Below, piece by piece: positions 8,499-17,085 of a stretch of DNA of 27,355 nucleotides; position 1 is the first letter of the stretch, and each line of letters opens with the position of its first letter. The position numbers were made by a program, and so were the translations under genes. Location: NCBI GenBank assembly GCA_963712115.1, contig CAVQGX010000070.1, positions 1-27,355 of the forward strand, written 5' to 3'. The notes below the pieces were generated by a model. That model saw nothing but the letters and a program-made list of their open reading frames with translations. It made no database searches and was not told where the DNA came from. Source of the DNA: an uncultured delta proteobacterium (GTDB lineage Bacteria; Desulfobacterota; Syntrophobacteria; BM002).

Positions 8499-9482
8499 TT
8501 ACAATTTCCAACCCCAGAACTCCAAAAACCTGGAGAAATTCGACATATCCGAGGCTGTTCTGTTCCACGGTTTTAGACTTGTATAGAAAGGGTTGTCGTA
8601 TTTTTCGTTGTCTCCGTAGACTTTGTCCGCTCCCACAAAAAAATCCCAGGAAATCAAGCTTAGCAGTAATGTTTCCCAAAACTTCATTGAACCTTTCACA
8701 TGTCCTTCCTGGGGGCCGTAGTCGTAGAAGAAGCTGGTGGTTTCGCCGTTGAAAGGAATATTTTCCAAATCATCTATTGGCTCCAGCGGTGCTTGAATCA
8801 CTCTAAAACCTTGGCTGCGCGACAGGGACACACCATCGACGATCTCCAGGTCCATAACTCTGTGTACGGAGGGACGCACATGGACCAGTAACCTGGGATC
8901 TTTCATCTCACCGTAATCCAGGATCCAAGGGAGCTCCTCTCCATAAACTTCCAGGGGCTCCTCTTTCCAGTCCTCTGGCAAGGCCTCCGGAGGCAGATAT
9001 GTGGTAGGCACAGTCGCCATATAGCAACCGCAGGTATTAGCACTTGTAACAAGTAGGGGGCGGTTCTCTTCATCTAGGGTTATAACCACGATAATCCCGA
9101 CATTACTACCGCTGGTGAGGTTAAAAGGTATTATGCTGAAGGGGACTTTAGGGAAGTGGATCCGGTAGACAAGATTAGTGTACCTGCCTTTTTCCGTGGA
9201 GAATTCTTTCTCCATGTAATAAATCGCCGGCCTCTCGGAGTCCACATAGATCTGCTCGTTCCCTTCTTTGTTGATCCTCGCCGACGGTTTGCCGATACGA
9301 TTGTAGTCGTTCTTGTAGTCGTAGGTAAGAAAAACCGGCGCGTATTTGCTTAGCAGAGAGGCTTCCTCGGAATTAGCAGCATAAATGGTGTGGACTTCCT
9401 CAGGGGGCAAACTCCAGTGATGGGCACACCCTGAAGCTACAACAGCCAAAACTAGGATAGAGATCTTTACAAGATTTTTCAT
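8499..9482 (-). CDS. Uncharacterised lipoprotein
   Basis: MKNLVKISILVLAVVASGC is a lipobox signal from ATG 9482, with AAGGAG upstream. Contains a TCGCY motif. Confidence 0.75.
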   Translation of the reverse strand: MKNLVKISILVLAVVASGCAHHWSLPPEEVHTIYAANSEEASLLSKYAPVFLTYDYKNDYNRIGKPSARINKEGNEQIYVDSERPAIYYMEKEFSTEKGRYTNLVYRIHFPKVPFSIIPFNLTSGSNVGIIVVITLDEENRPLLVTSANTCGCYMATVPTTYLPPEALPEDWKEEPLEVYGEELPWILDYGEMKDPRLLVHVRPSVHRVMDLEIVDGVSLSRSQGFRVIQAPLEPIDDLENIPFNGETTSFFYDYGPQEGHVKGSMKFWETLLLSLISWDFFVGADKVYGDNEKYDNPFYTSLKPWNRTASDMSNFSRFLEFWGWKL

Positions 9483-9667
9483 TGCAATTTTGTACGCTCC
9501 TTGGGTAATCAATATTGGCATAAGTTAATCACTTTTTCACACACCACACTATCAACAGGCGAGAGCACGCACTTTGTTCTGGTCACAGGGACAGAATTAT
9601 TATAAGTTGTCGCCTGTTTTTGACCATTATTACCTGATAATTGATTAATAAAAAAGTGGAGGGTGTT

Positions 9668-10345
9668 TTGATTGGGACCATAGTCAATACTGGAGCCGTA
9701 ATAGTGGGAAGCACCGTGGGGATTTCTGCCGGCAAACGTTTGCCCGAAAGAATCCGTAGTATTCTCATGCAGGCTCTGGGCCTGTCGGTAGTGCTGATTG
9801 GTTTAAAAATGGCGCTATCGGGCGATAAAATGATTGCCGCTATCGCCTATCTTTTGTTGGGTGGGGTAACCGGAGAAATCCTTCGCATCGAAGAGCGTAT
9901 AGGAAAAATAGGTGAGTGGTTGAAGACCCGTACCGGTTCCGACTCCTCAACCTTTGTTCATGGGTTTGTTTCCGCCTCTCTCCTCTATCTCGTCGGGGCC
10001 ATGATGATTGTAGGCTCCATCCAGGACGGAACAGCGGGGGATCCGAGCACTCTCTACGTCAAATCTCTCCTGGACGGAGTTGCTTCCATAGCCCTCGCCT
10101 CCACCTTTGGCGTCGGGGTTGCCTTTTCTGCCCTTTCAGTCTTTGTTGTGCAGGGATCCATAACGCTCCTAGCGTCAAAACTGTTATTTCTCCAAAGCCC
10201 CACCGTCCTTAACGCCATCACCGCCACAGGAGGATTGCTCATTTTGGGCATAGGTATCAACCTCCTGGAACTTAGGACCATCCGTACTGGCAACCTCCTG
10301 CCAGCACTTCTTTATGCTATAGTTGGAGCCTTGATTATGGGATGA
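9668..10345 (+). CDS. DUF554 (YdfK-like) membrane protein
   Basis: GTIVN N-terminus, GF..ASLL..VGAM..VGSI.DG and KS.LDG motifs, multiple TM helices. TTG 9668 has a GGAGG SD. Confidence 0.9.
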   Translation: MIGTIVNTGAVIVGSTVGISAGKRLPERIRSILMQALGLSVVLIGLKMALSGDKMIAAIAYLLLGGVTGEILRIEERIGKIGEWLKTRTGSDSSTFVHGFVSASLLYLVGAMMIVGSIQDGTAGDPSTLYVKSLLDGVASIALASTFGVGVAFSALSVFVVQGSITLLASKLLFLQSPTVLNAITATGGLLILGIGINLLELRTIRTGNLLPALLYAIVGALIMG

Positions 10346-10396
10346 CCCTTTGTGGTTTAACCTGCCAAACCCTCCTAACCAGGCAAGGAGATTTCA

Positions 10397-10966
10397 ATGA
10401 TTAGGGATTTGATTAAGAGAACAAGAAGTTATCGCCGCTTTAACCAAAACCACAGGATAGAACTCGATACCTTGAAAGAGCTAGTCGATTTAGCAAGGCT
10501 CTCTGCCGCAGCAGGTAATCTGCAACCACTCAAATATATACTTTCCAATGAACCGGAAAAAAACGGCAAGATCTTTCAACATCTTGCCTGGGCAGGCTAC
10601 CTTAAAGACTGGCCCGGCCCTGGCGAAGGTGAGCGACCCTCAGCTTACATTATTGTGTTGGGAGACCGGCGAATCACCAAATCATTTGGCTGTGACCATG
10701 GTATTGCCTGCCAGAACATCATGCTGGCTGCGGTTGAGAGAGGCTTGGGTGGTTGCATGATCGGCGCAATAAATCGGGAGAGACTTCGCAAGGATCTTGA
10801 TATTTCTGACCATTTCGAAATACTCTTGGTTCTTGCCTTGGGGAAGCCTAAGGAAACAGTGCTTCTCGAGGAAGTGGGGCCGGATGGCAACATAAAGTAC
10901 TGGCGGGATAGTGACGGGGTGCACCACGTACCCAAGCGAAAGCTAGACGACATCATTGTTGGCTGA
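10397..10966 (+). CDS. Nitroreductase family flavoprotein
   Basis: RSYRRF, A.N.QP, D.GIA.QNIML.A...GLGGC.IG and PKR motifs; AAGGAG SD. Confidence 0.93.
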   Translation: MIRDLIKRTRSYRRFNQNHRIELDTLKELVDLARLSAAAGNLQPLKYILSNEPEKNGKIFQHLAWAGYLKDWPGPGEGERPSAYIIVLGDRRITKSFGCDHGIACQNIMLAAVERGLGGCMIGAINRERLRKDLDISDHFEILLVLALGKPKETVLLEEVGPDGNIKYWRDSDGVHHVPKRKLDDIIVG

Positions 10967-11011
10967 GGTTTTTCCGCAGTAAATTTGAACAGGTCGCCCG
11001 AGGATAAGAAT

Positions 11012-12253
11012 ATGGATGCTTCTGCGCCAAAAAACAACATGCGTAACCACTTGAAGAAATTAAAATTGGTGGGCTTGGGTATAGTCGTTGTAGCGACGGC
11101 GATTGCACTCTACTGGTTATTGGTCCTGCGCTATCGCGTTACCACAGACGACGCCTATGTCCATGCTGACAGCGCCCAGATCAGCAGTCGGGTAGACGGT
11201 ACTGTCATAGAGGTAATGGTGGATAATGATTTTCCCGTAGAACGAGGTCAGGTACTGCTCCAACTTGATCCGCGGGATTTCGAGGTGGCTGTGGAACAAG
11301 CTCAAGGAATTTTCACCCGAACTCAGGCGGAGGCGCGTGCCATGGAAATCTCCGTCTCTGTGACAGACATCCAGACTACCGCCCAACTCAGCAAAGCCGA
11401 GGCCGCATACCAAGGAGCTCAGGACAGAAAAAATGAAGCGCTTCACCGGTTGCAACAGTTGCGGAAGCAAAGGGAGGGTGCGTATGCGGAAATGACTCAG
11501 ACTCAGCGCGACTACAAACGTTTCGAAACCTTATACCAGAGCGGTGTGGTGCCAGAGGAGCGGCGTGACCAAACCGAAACTGCCATGGTGAAAGCCAGGG
11601 CCACAGTGGAAGCCACAGATGCTCAAATCAAGGCCCTTCAGGCCTCCCTCCAGGCCATCCAGCAGGAAGTTCAGCAGGCGCAGGCCCAGTTGAAATCGGT
11701 GCAGGCTGAGCGCCAGCAAGTGGAGGTGATGAAAGAGAAACTGGCGGCACTGTACGGCCAGCAGCAGGAGGCCCAATCGCAGCTCAAAGCTGCGCAGTTA
11801 GACCTTTCCTACACTACGGTCACCGCCCCCATCAGCGGCTACATAGCCCAGAAGAGCATTCAGCTGGGTGACAGCGTCAAGAAAGCCCAACCTCTGATGG
11901 CTGTGGTACCGCTGCACGAGGTCTATGTCGAGGCTAACTTCAAGGAAAGCCAGCTGAAAAACGTTCGTTTGGGGCAACCTGCTATCATTGAGGCAGATAC
12001 TTATCCAGGTTACATCTACCACGGCAAGGTTTCCGGCATTCGCGCCGGCACCGGCGCCGCTTTCGCCTTGCTGCCCCCTGAAAATGCCACCGGTAACTGG
12101 ATCAAGGTGGTACAGCGGGTTCCGGTCAAGATCAATCTAACCGAGCCTCCCCCTCCGGACCGTCCCCTGCGAGTGGGACTCTCTCTCTACGTTACCATCT
12201 CAACCAGGGATCGAACCGGCAAGGTGCTAATCCCTCTTGCCTCTAAAAAATGA
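11012..12253 (+). CDS. emrA: EmrA/HlyD-family membrane fusion protein
   Basis: TM anchor, TDDAYV, long coiled coil, ANFKE and ALLPPENATGNWIKVVQRVPV. GAGGA SD before ATG 11012. Confidence 0.9.
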   Translation: MDASAPKNNMRNHLKKLKLVGLGIVVVATAIALYWLLVLRYRVTTDDAYVHADSAQISSRVDGTVIEVMVDNDFPVERGQVLLQLDPRDFEVAVEQAQGIFTRTQAEARAMEISVSVTDIQTTAQLSKAEAAYQGAQDRKNEALHRLQQLRKQREGAYAEMTQTQRDYKRFETLYQSGVVPEERRDQTETAMVKARATVEATDAQIKALQASLQAIQQEVQQAQAQLKSVQAERQQVEVMKEKLAALYGQQQEAQSQLKAAQLDLSYTTVTAPISGYIAQKSIQLGDSVKKAQPLMAVVPLHEVYVEANFKESQLKNVRLGQPAIIEADTYPGYIYHGKVSGIRAGTGAAFALLPPENATGNWIKVVQRVPVKINLTEPPPPDRPLRVGLSLYVTISTRDRTGKVLIPLASKK

Positions 12254-12272
12254 AAAAAGCGAGAATTCGTGC

Positions 12273-13832
12273 ATGGCAGAAGCACCGAAAATACCAGTGG
12301 TAAATAAGTGGCTTGTTGCCATGACGGTGATGGTCCCCACCTTCATCGAGGTCATGGACATCAGTGTGGTTAATGTCTCCCTTCCCCACATTCAGGGCAG
12401 CCTCAACGCCGGCCTTGATGAAGTCACTTGGGTTCTTACTTCCTACCTTGTCTCCAACGCCATCATCATTCCTATCACCGGCTGGTTATCCAGTGTTTTT
12501 GGCAGAAAGCGTTACCTGTTTTTCTCTATTTCCCTCTTCACCGTCAGTTCTCTCGTCTGCGGCTCAGCGCCCTCGCTGAAAGTGCTTATTATTGCCCGCA
12601 TTTTTCAAGGACTGGGTGGGGGGGGATTGCAGCCGCTCTCCCAGGCTATCCTCTTTGAGACCTTCCCGGTTGCAGAACATGGTCTGGCCATGGCTGTGTT
12701 CGGAATGGGCGTGGTTATGGCACCGATTCTCGGTCCGGTGGTGGGCGGCTGGATTACGGACACCTTGAGCTGGCGTTGGGTATTTTATATCAACCTGCCG
12801 GTGGGACTGCTGGCAATCCTGCTGGCCGTCATCTTCATCTATGATCCTGCCTACATTCGCCGGAAAATTTTTTCCATCGACACCTGGGGCATCCTCCTCC
12901 TCACTATAGGCATCGGAGCTCTCCAGATTGTTCTGGATAAGGGTCAACGGGACGACTGGTTTAGCTCACGGTTCATCCTGTACACGAGTGTTATTGCGGC
13001 AGTAGCTCTGGTGCTCTTCGTTATCGTCGAGTTGCGCACCGAGCACCCGGTGGTTAACCTCAGAGCGTTTCGGGAACGAAGTTTCACTGCGGGGAACATT
13101 ATCATCTTCACCGGATTTGGCTGCATGTTCTCGAGCTTTGTTCTGTTACCGCTCTATGCTCAACAACTGATGGGCTATACCGCCTTCTGGGCAGGTCTGG
13201 TCCTCTTCCCCGGCGGTGTCGCCAGCTTCATCATCATGCCCATAGCCGGCATACTCCTGCGAAAGGGGGTAAATCCCAGATATTTACTTGCCATCGGCCT
13301 TGCCGTCATGGCCCATGCCATCTGGTTGATGTCCGGCTTCAACCTCCAGGCAGACTTCGTTGCCATCGCCATGCCCAGGTTGATTCAGGGTTTCGGGCTG
13401 GGTTTGTTCTTCGTACCCGTTACCACCGCCACCTTTATGAATATCCCCAAAGAGGAAACCGGTAACGCCTCGGGTATCTTCAACCTGCTGCGCAACCTAG
13501 GGGGCAGTTTCGGGGTTGCCATTAGCTCTACCATGCTGGCGCAACGGACCCAGTTACACCAAACCTTCCTGGTAGAAAGCATCACACCCTACCAGCCGGC
13601 CTTCCAGATCCACTACCAACAGATCCTTGAGTGGCTCAGGATGCATCAGCCCTCGCTCGCCTATCACAAAAACGTCATGGCTTTCATTTATCAGGATATA
13701 CTCCGGCAAGCCAGCATGCTGGCCTTCAACGATAGTTTTCGGGCCCTCGCCCTCGCCACCGCAGTTCTGATCCCTCTCACCCTAATTTTTCGCAGGCGTA
13801 ACGCTCCAAGCCTTCCCACGGAGATACATTAA
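12273..13832 (+). CDS. emrB: EmrB/QacA DHA2-family MFS efflux permease
   Basis: D.SVVNVSLP.I.G.L, WVLTSYL, FGRKR, RIFQG.GGG, P.LGP..GG, WRWVFYINLP and NLLRNLGGS motifs. Confidence 0.92.
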   Translation: MAEAPKIPVVNKWLVAMTVMVPTFIEVMDISVVNVSLPHIQGSLNAGLDEVTWVLTSYLVSNAIIIPITGWLSSVFGRKRYLFFSISLFTVSSLVCGSAPSLKVLIIARIFQGLGGGGLQPLSQAILFETFPVAEHGLAMAVFGMGVVMAPILGPVVGGWITDTLSWRWVFYINLPVGLLAILLAVIFIYDPAYIRRKIFSIDTWGILLLTIGIGALQIVLDKGQRDDWFSSRFILYTSVIAAVALVLFVIVELRTEHPVVNLRAFRERSFTAGNIIIFTGFGCMFSSFVLLPLYAQQLMGYTAFWAGLVLFPGGVASFIIMPIAGILLRKGVNPRYLLAIGLAVMAHAIWLMSGFNLQADFVAIAMPRLIQGFGLGLFFVPVTTATFMNIPKEETGNASGIFNLLRNLGGSFGVAISSTMLAQRTQLHQTFLVESITPYQPAFQIHYQQILEWLRMHQPSLAYHKNVMAFIYQDILRQASMLAFNDSFRALALATAVLIPLTLIFRRRNAPSLPTEIH

Positions 13833-13896
13833 GAAGTAGAGTCCAGGCGTGGATGACCCTCCTTGTGGCACGCCCATCTTCGCGGTCTCGCGACAG

Positions 13897-13920
13897 CAAT
13901 TCATGAAATATCCGGACTAG
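13897..13920. mobile_element. Possible relic IS/MITE terminal sequence
   Basis: CAATTCATGAAATATCCGGACTAG; an 18/24 inverted match lies at 22197-22220. No transposase in the window. Confidence 0.3.
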
Positions 13921-14063
13921 TCATTGGTGCTGTGAAGTGTTAAACTTCCCCGCTACAGATACGATCATATGTTTTTGAACATTTTTAAGAGGTTTGTTCA
14001 GGAGTCTTCGACTTCTTTTGATTGCGACATCTTTAACTCTCTACATGGGATTCTGCCTGCTAA

Positions 14064-14684
14064 ATGCTATATGACTTCCATATTCATACCCGCGAGTATT
14101 CGGATTGCTCTATAAGTTCGGCTGAGGAAATGTGCCAAAGGGCTGTTGACTCAGGGCTGGCGGGAATAGCCCTGACCGAGCATGATCTTTGGAGGCCTCC
14201 ATCTGAGATCCAGGAACTGCAACAAAGATTTCCACAACTAACGATCATGCGGGGCATGGAACATTCGTGCCCCGAGGGGCATTTCCTGGTATTTCTTCCC
14301 AACCCTGAAAACGGAGACATTCCCGGCTGGTGCTCCGTACTTGATCTGATTCCTTTGGTCCACAATTATGGCGGAATTGTCATCTGGGCCCATCCCTTCC
14401 GCTTTAGCTCAAAGCGGCCAAGCTGGCTGAAACATGCCCAACCGGACGGCATGGAAGTAGCCAGCAGTAACATGCACCGCGAAGCCGAAGCCATGGCAAA
14501 AAAAAATGCCGCACAGAGAGGCATCTTGACGTTCCGCAACAGCGATGCCCACGATGCCTTCATTGTAGGTAGGTACGGAAATGAGTTGGACATCCACCTG
14601 ACCTGTGTAGAAGATTTCATCACCTATGTCCGCCAGCATGGAGGTAAATCTTCGGGCCAAGCCATGGATTCCAGGGAAAGATAG
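14064..14684 (+). CDS. PHP-domain metal-dependent phosphoesterase
   Basis: DFHIHT, ALTEHD, GME, GHF, AHPFR and SDAH metal-ligand motifs. Confidence 0.9.
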   Translation: MLYDFHIHTREYSDCSISSAEEMCQRAVDSGLAGIALTEHDLWRPPSEIQELQQRFPQLTIMRGMEHSCPEGHFLVFLPNPENGDIPGWCSVLDLIPLVHNYGGIVIWAHPFRFSSKRPSWLKHAQPDGMEVASSNMHREAEAMAKKNAAQRGILTFRNSDAHDAFIVGRYGNELDIHLTCVEDFITYVRQHGGKSSGQAMDSRER

Positions 14685-14713
14685 AGTTGAGTTTAAAAGT
14701 ACAAAAGGGGAGC

Positions 14714-14868
14714 AAATCCGAAATCCGAATATCGAAATCCTAAACAAATTCAAATCACCAAAATCGCAATGCTCCAAACCCATAGTTTCGTCTACTCGCT
14801 TTGTTTTGAACATTTGAAAATTAGAATTTCGGATTTGTTTCGTGCTTCGGATTTGGAATTTCGAATTT
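14714..14868. repeat. Long imperfect palindromic element with AAATCCG/CGAATTT heptad arms
   Basis: AAATCCGAAATCCGAATATCGAAATCCTAAACAAATTC ... GGATTTGTTTCGTGCTTCGGATTTGGAATTTCGAATTT; related to 5889-6020. Confidence 0.8.
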
Positions 14869-14951
14869 ATCCGAGATTGGCGTGAATAGTCACTGAGTTG
14901 TCTGTTTCGAGCTCTTACTAAACACCGTAATGTTAAAAAGGTCTCGACGGA

Positions 14952-15953
14952 ATGGCCAGAACTGTAAGTAAGACCGAATCTTTTGTTGGGTACAGTGTTA
15001 TCCTCCTACTCATGATCATTACCGGTGGTATTTTTCTCGAACAATCCCGCTTTGACCAGTCTGTCCTCAAGCCTGGTGCCTTACAACAAGAACTATCCAC
15101 TCAACCACCTTCTCCCTTTACCCCTCCACAAGATCTCCGACATTATGCCCCCCAGAATCTCACTAGCCTTTCGCCAGCCGAATCCTTCGGGCCCGAAAAT
15201 CTTTCTGACAAGATCAACGGTAAGGCTGAGCTTTATCTTTCTGCCGGATTTGTTCGTCTTGTCAGTCAGCGTTTTGCCATTGAAGACGAGCCTAGTGCTT
15301 GGATGGAAGCATTCATTTACGATATGGGGTCCCCGCGGGGGTCTTACGCAGTTTACAGTCTGCAAAAACGGTTTGAGGCCAAGGAACTGGAATTGGGAGA
15401 CTATGGCTATGGCACAGAAAACTCCCTCTATTTCGTTCACGGTCCTTATTACCTAGAGATAGTTTCATCGGTTGCCCAGGAGAGAATGGCTGAACTGATG
15501 CTCTCCTTCGGCAGAAATTTCATCAGCAAAACCCCAGTGGAAAGCAATGAACTCAATGAACTGGCTCTATTTCCAGAGAAAAACCTCAATAGAGAAAGCA
15601 TCTCCCTTATACCCTCCAATGGTTTCGGCTTTGAGCAGTTCGATTCAATTTTCACTGCCCAGTATGGGGTGGGAGATACAGAACTGACCGCATTCCTGTC
15701 TCGACGAAAGAGCCAAGCCGAAGCCGCCAGACTGGTGGAATCCTACACCTCATTTTTACTAAAATTCGGTGGCACTGAACTGAAATCTAACCTGAACATC
15801 CCCGGAGCCAAGCTTGTCGAAATAATGGACACCTTTGAATTGTTCTTCAGCAGGGGCAGCATCCTTGCCGGCGTCCACGGCGCGGAGAACAGAAAAGCGG
15901 CGGAAGAGCTTGCCCTGATGTTGAACCAAACTCTGGCGGAGAAAGGCCAGTGA
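14952..15953 (+). CDS. Membrane-anchored periplasmic protein, DUF6599-like
   Basis: N-terminal TM helix; ENLSDKINGKAELY, IYDMG and F..G.YY motifs. The stop overlaps the next start (GTGA). Confidence 0.7.
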   Translation: MARTVSKTESFVGYSVILLLMIITGGIFLEQSRFDQSVLKPGALQQELSTQPPSPFTPPQDLRHYAPQNLTSLSPAESFGPENLSDKINGKAELYLSAGFVRLVSQRFAIEDEPSAWMEAFIYDMGSPRGSYAVYSLQKRFEAKELELGDYGYGTENSLYFVHGPYYLEIVSSVAQERMAELMLSFGRNFISKTPVESNELNELALFPEKNLNRESISLIPSNGFGFEQFDSIFTAQYGVGDTELTAFLSRRKSQAEAARLVESYTSFLLKFGGTELKSNLNIPGAKLVEIMDTFELFFSRGSILAGVHGAENRKAAEELALMLNQTLAEKGQ

Positions 15954-16945
15954 ATCAAAAAGCGCAGCAGCCAACAGCAAGTCGAAGGGATTTTCTTCTA
16001 CGATTGCTCAAGGGAGGTATTTCCATAGGTGCTGCTTGCTCCTTGAGCTATTGGCTTTATGACTTCACCGGTCCGGGGATAGGCAAAAACCAGAATGGGC
16101 TGGTGACATTTCCCGACTTCTCCATACCCAGTCCCAGGGGCAAGATGAGTATCGTTACAGGCCTGGACCGGGAAAAGACAATCAACCGCGGACTCGAAGC
16201 TTTGGGGGGAATCGAAACCTTCGTCAAACAAGGTGACAGGGTGCTGCTGAAAGTCAACGCTGCTTTCGCAACCCCCCCGATCCTTTCTGCCACGACAAAC
16301 CCTCAATTAGTGGCCGAAATTGCTAGACTGTGCTACAAAGCCGGGGCCTCCACCGTAGTAGTCACTGACAACCCTATAAACGACCCCACCAGTTGCTTTT
16401 CCCTGACCGGCATTGCAGAAGCAGCTCAATTGGCAGGAGCCAAAGTCCTTCTCCCCAAGGAAAGTTATTTTCAGCCCACAACGGTCTCCAATGGTGTCCT
16501 GATCCAGAACTGGCCGATCCTCTGGGAGCCATTCCAAAAGATAAACAGGGTAATAGGTATTGCTCCGGTGAAGGATCACCACCGGAGTGGCGCTTCCATG
16601 ACCATGAAAAACTGGTATGGTCTTTTGGGCGGTAGCCGCAACATCTTTCATCAGGATATCCATAACATAATCAAAGAATTGGCAATCATGGTCAAACCCA
16701 CTCTGGTGGTTTTGGACGGCACCACAACCATGATGACAAATGGTCCCACTGGCGGCTCTCTAGGAGATCTAAAAGAGACCGGTACCATGATAGTCAGCAC
16801 AGATCAGGTAGCGGCCGATGCCTTCGGCGCCTCCTTGTTGGGGAAAAAACCCGCCGAACTACCTTATATAGCCAAGGCGGAAGCCGCCGGGGTTGGCACT
16901 GCAGACTACGAATCTCTCAGGCCAATACGGTTAAGCGTTGCTTAG
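15950..16945 (+). CDS. DUF362 family protein with a twin-arginine (Tat) signal
   Basis: SRRDFL; GG...FVK.GD.VLLKVN, TTNP, K.H...G....MKN.YG and D.VA.D motifs. Confidence 0.88.
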   Translation: MNQKAQQPTASRRDFLLRLLKGGISIGAACSLSYWLYDFTGPGIGKNQNGLVTFPDFSIPSPRGKMSIVTGLDREKTINRGLEALGGIETFVKQGDRVLLKVNAAFATPPILSATTNPQLVAEIARLCYKAGASTVVVTDNPINDPTSCFSLTGIAEAAQLAGAKVLLPKESYFQPTTVSNGVLIQNWPILWEPFQKINRVIGIAPVKDHHRSGASMTMKNWYGLLGGSRNIFHQDIHNIIKELAIMVKPTLVVLDGTTTMMTNGPTGGSLGDLKETGTMIVSTDQVAADAFGASLLGKKPAELPYIAKAEAAGVGTADYESLRPIRLSVA

Positions 16946-16950
16946 CCGCT

Positions 16951-17000
16951 GATATGGGATGTGGGATATGGACTGTGAGATTTGGGATTTTGAGATTGTG
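16951..17000. repeat. Degenerate heptamer tandem (GATDTGR), about 7 units
   Basis: GATATGG GATGTGG GATATGG ACTGTGA GATTTGG GATTTTGA GATTGTG. Confidence 0.7.
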
Positions 17001-17002
17001 TG

Positions 17003-17084
17003 ACGACTTCTACGATTTTTACGATTTTTACGATTTGAACGGTTTCAACGACTTGAACGACTTGAACGGCTAGAACGATTGAAC
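17003..17084. repeat. Degenerate 9-mer tandem array, 9 units
   Basis: ACGACTTCT ACGATTTTT ACGATTTTT ACGATTTGA ACGGTTTCA ACGACTTGA ACGACTTGA ACGGCTAGA ACGATTGA. Confidence 0.85.
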
Positions 17085-17085
17085 A

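Noticed and set aside
14409-14817. ORFs 14626-14817 (+) and 14409-14813 (-)
   Set aside because: They overlap the PHP gene and the palindromic element, with repeat-derived low-complexity sequence.
17003-17084. Possible CRISPR array
   Set aside because: Units are 9 nt and contiguous with no unique spacers, and there are no cas genes.
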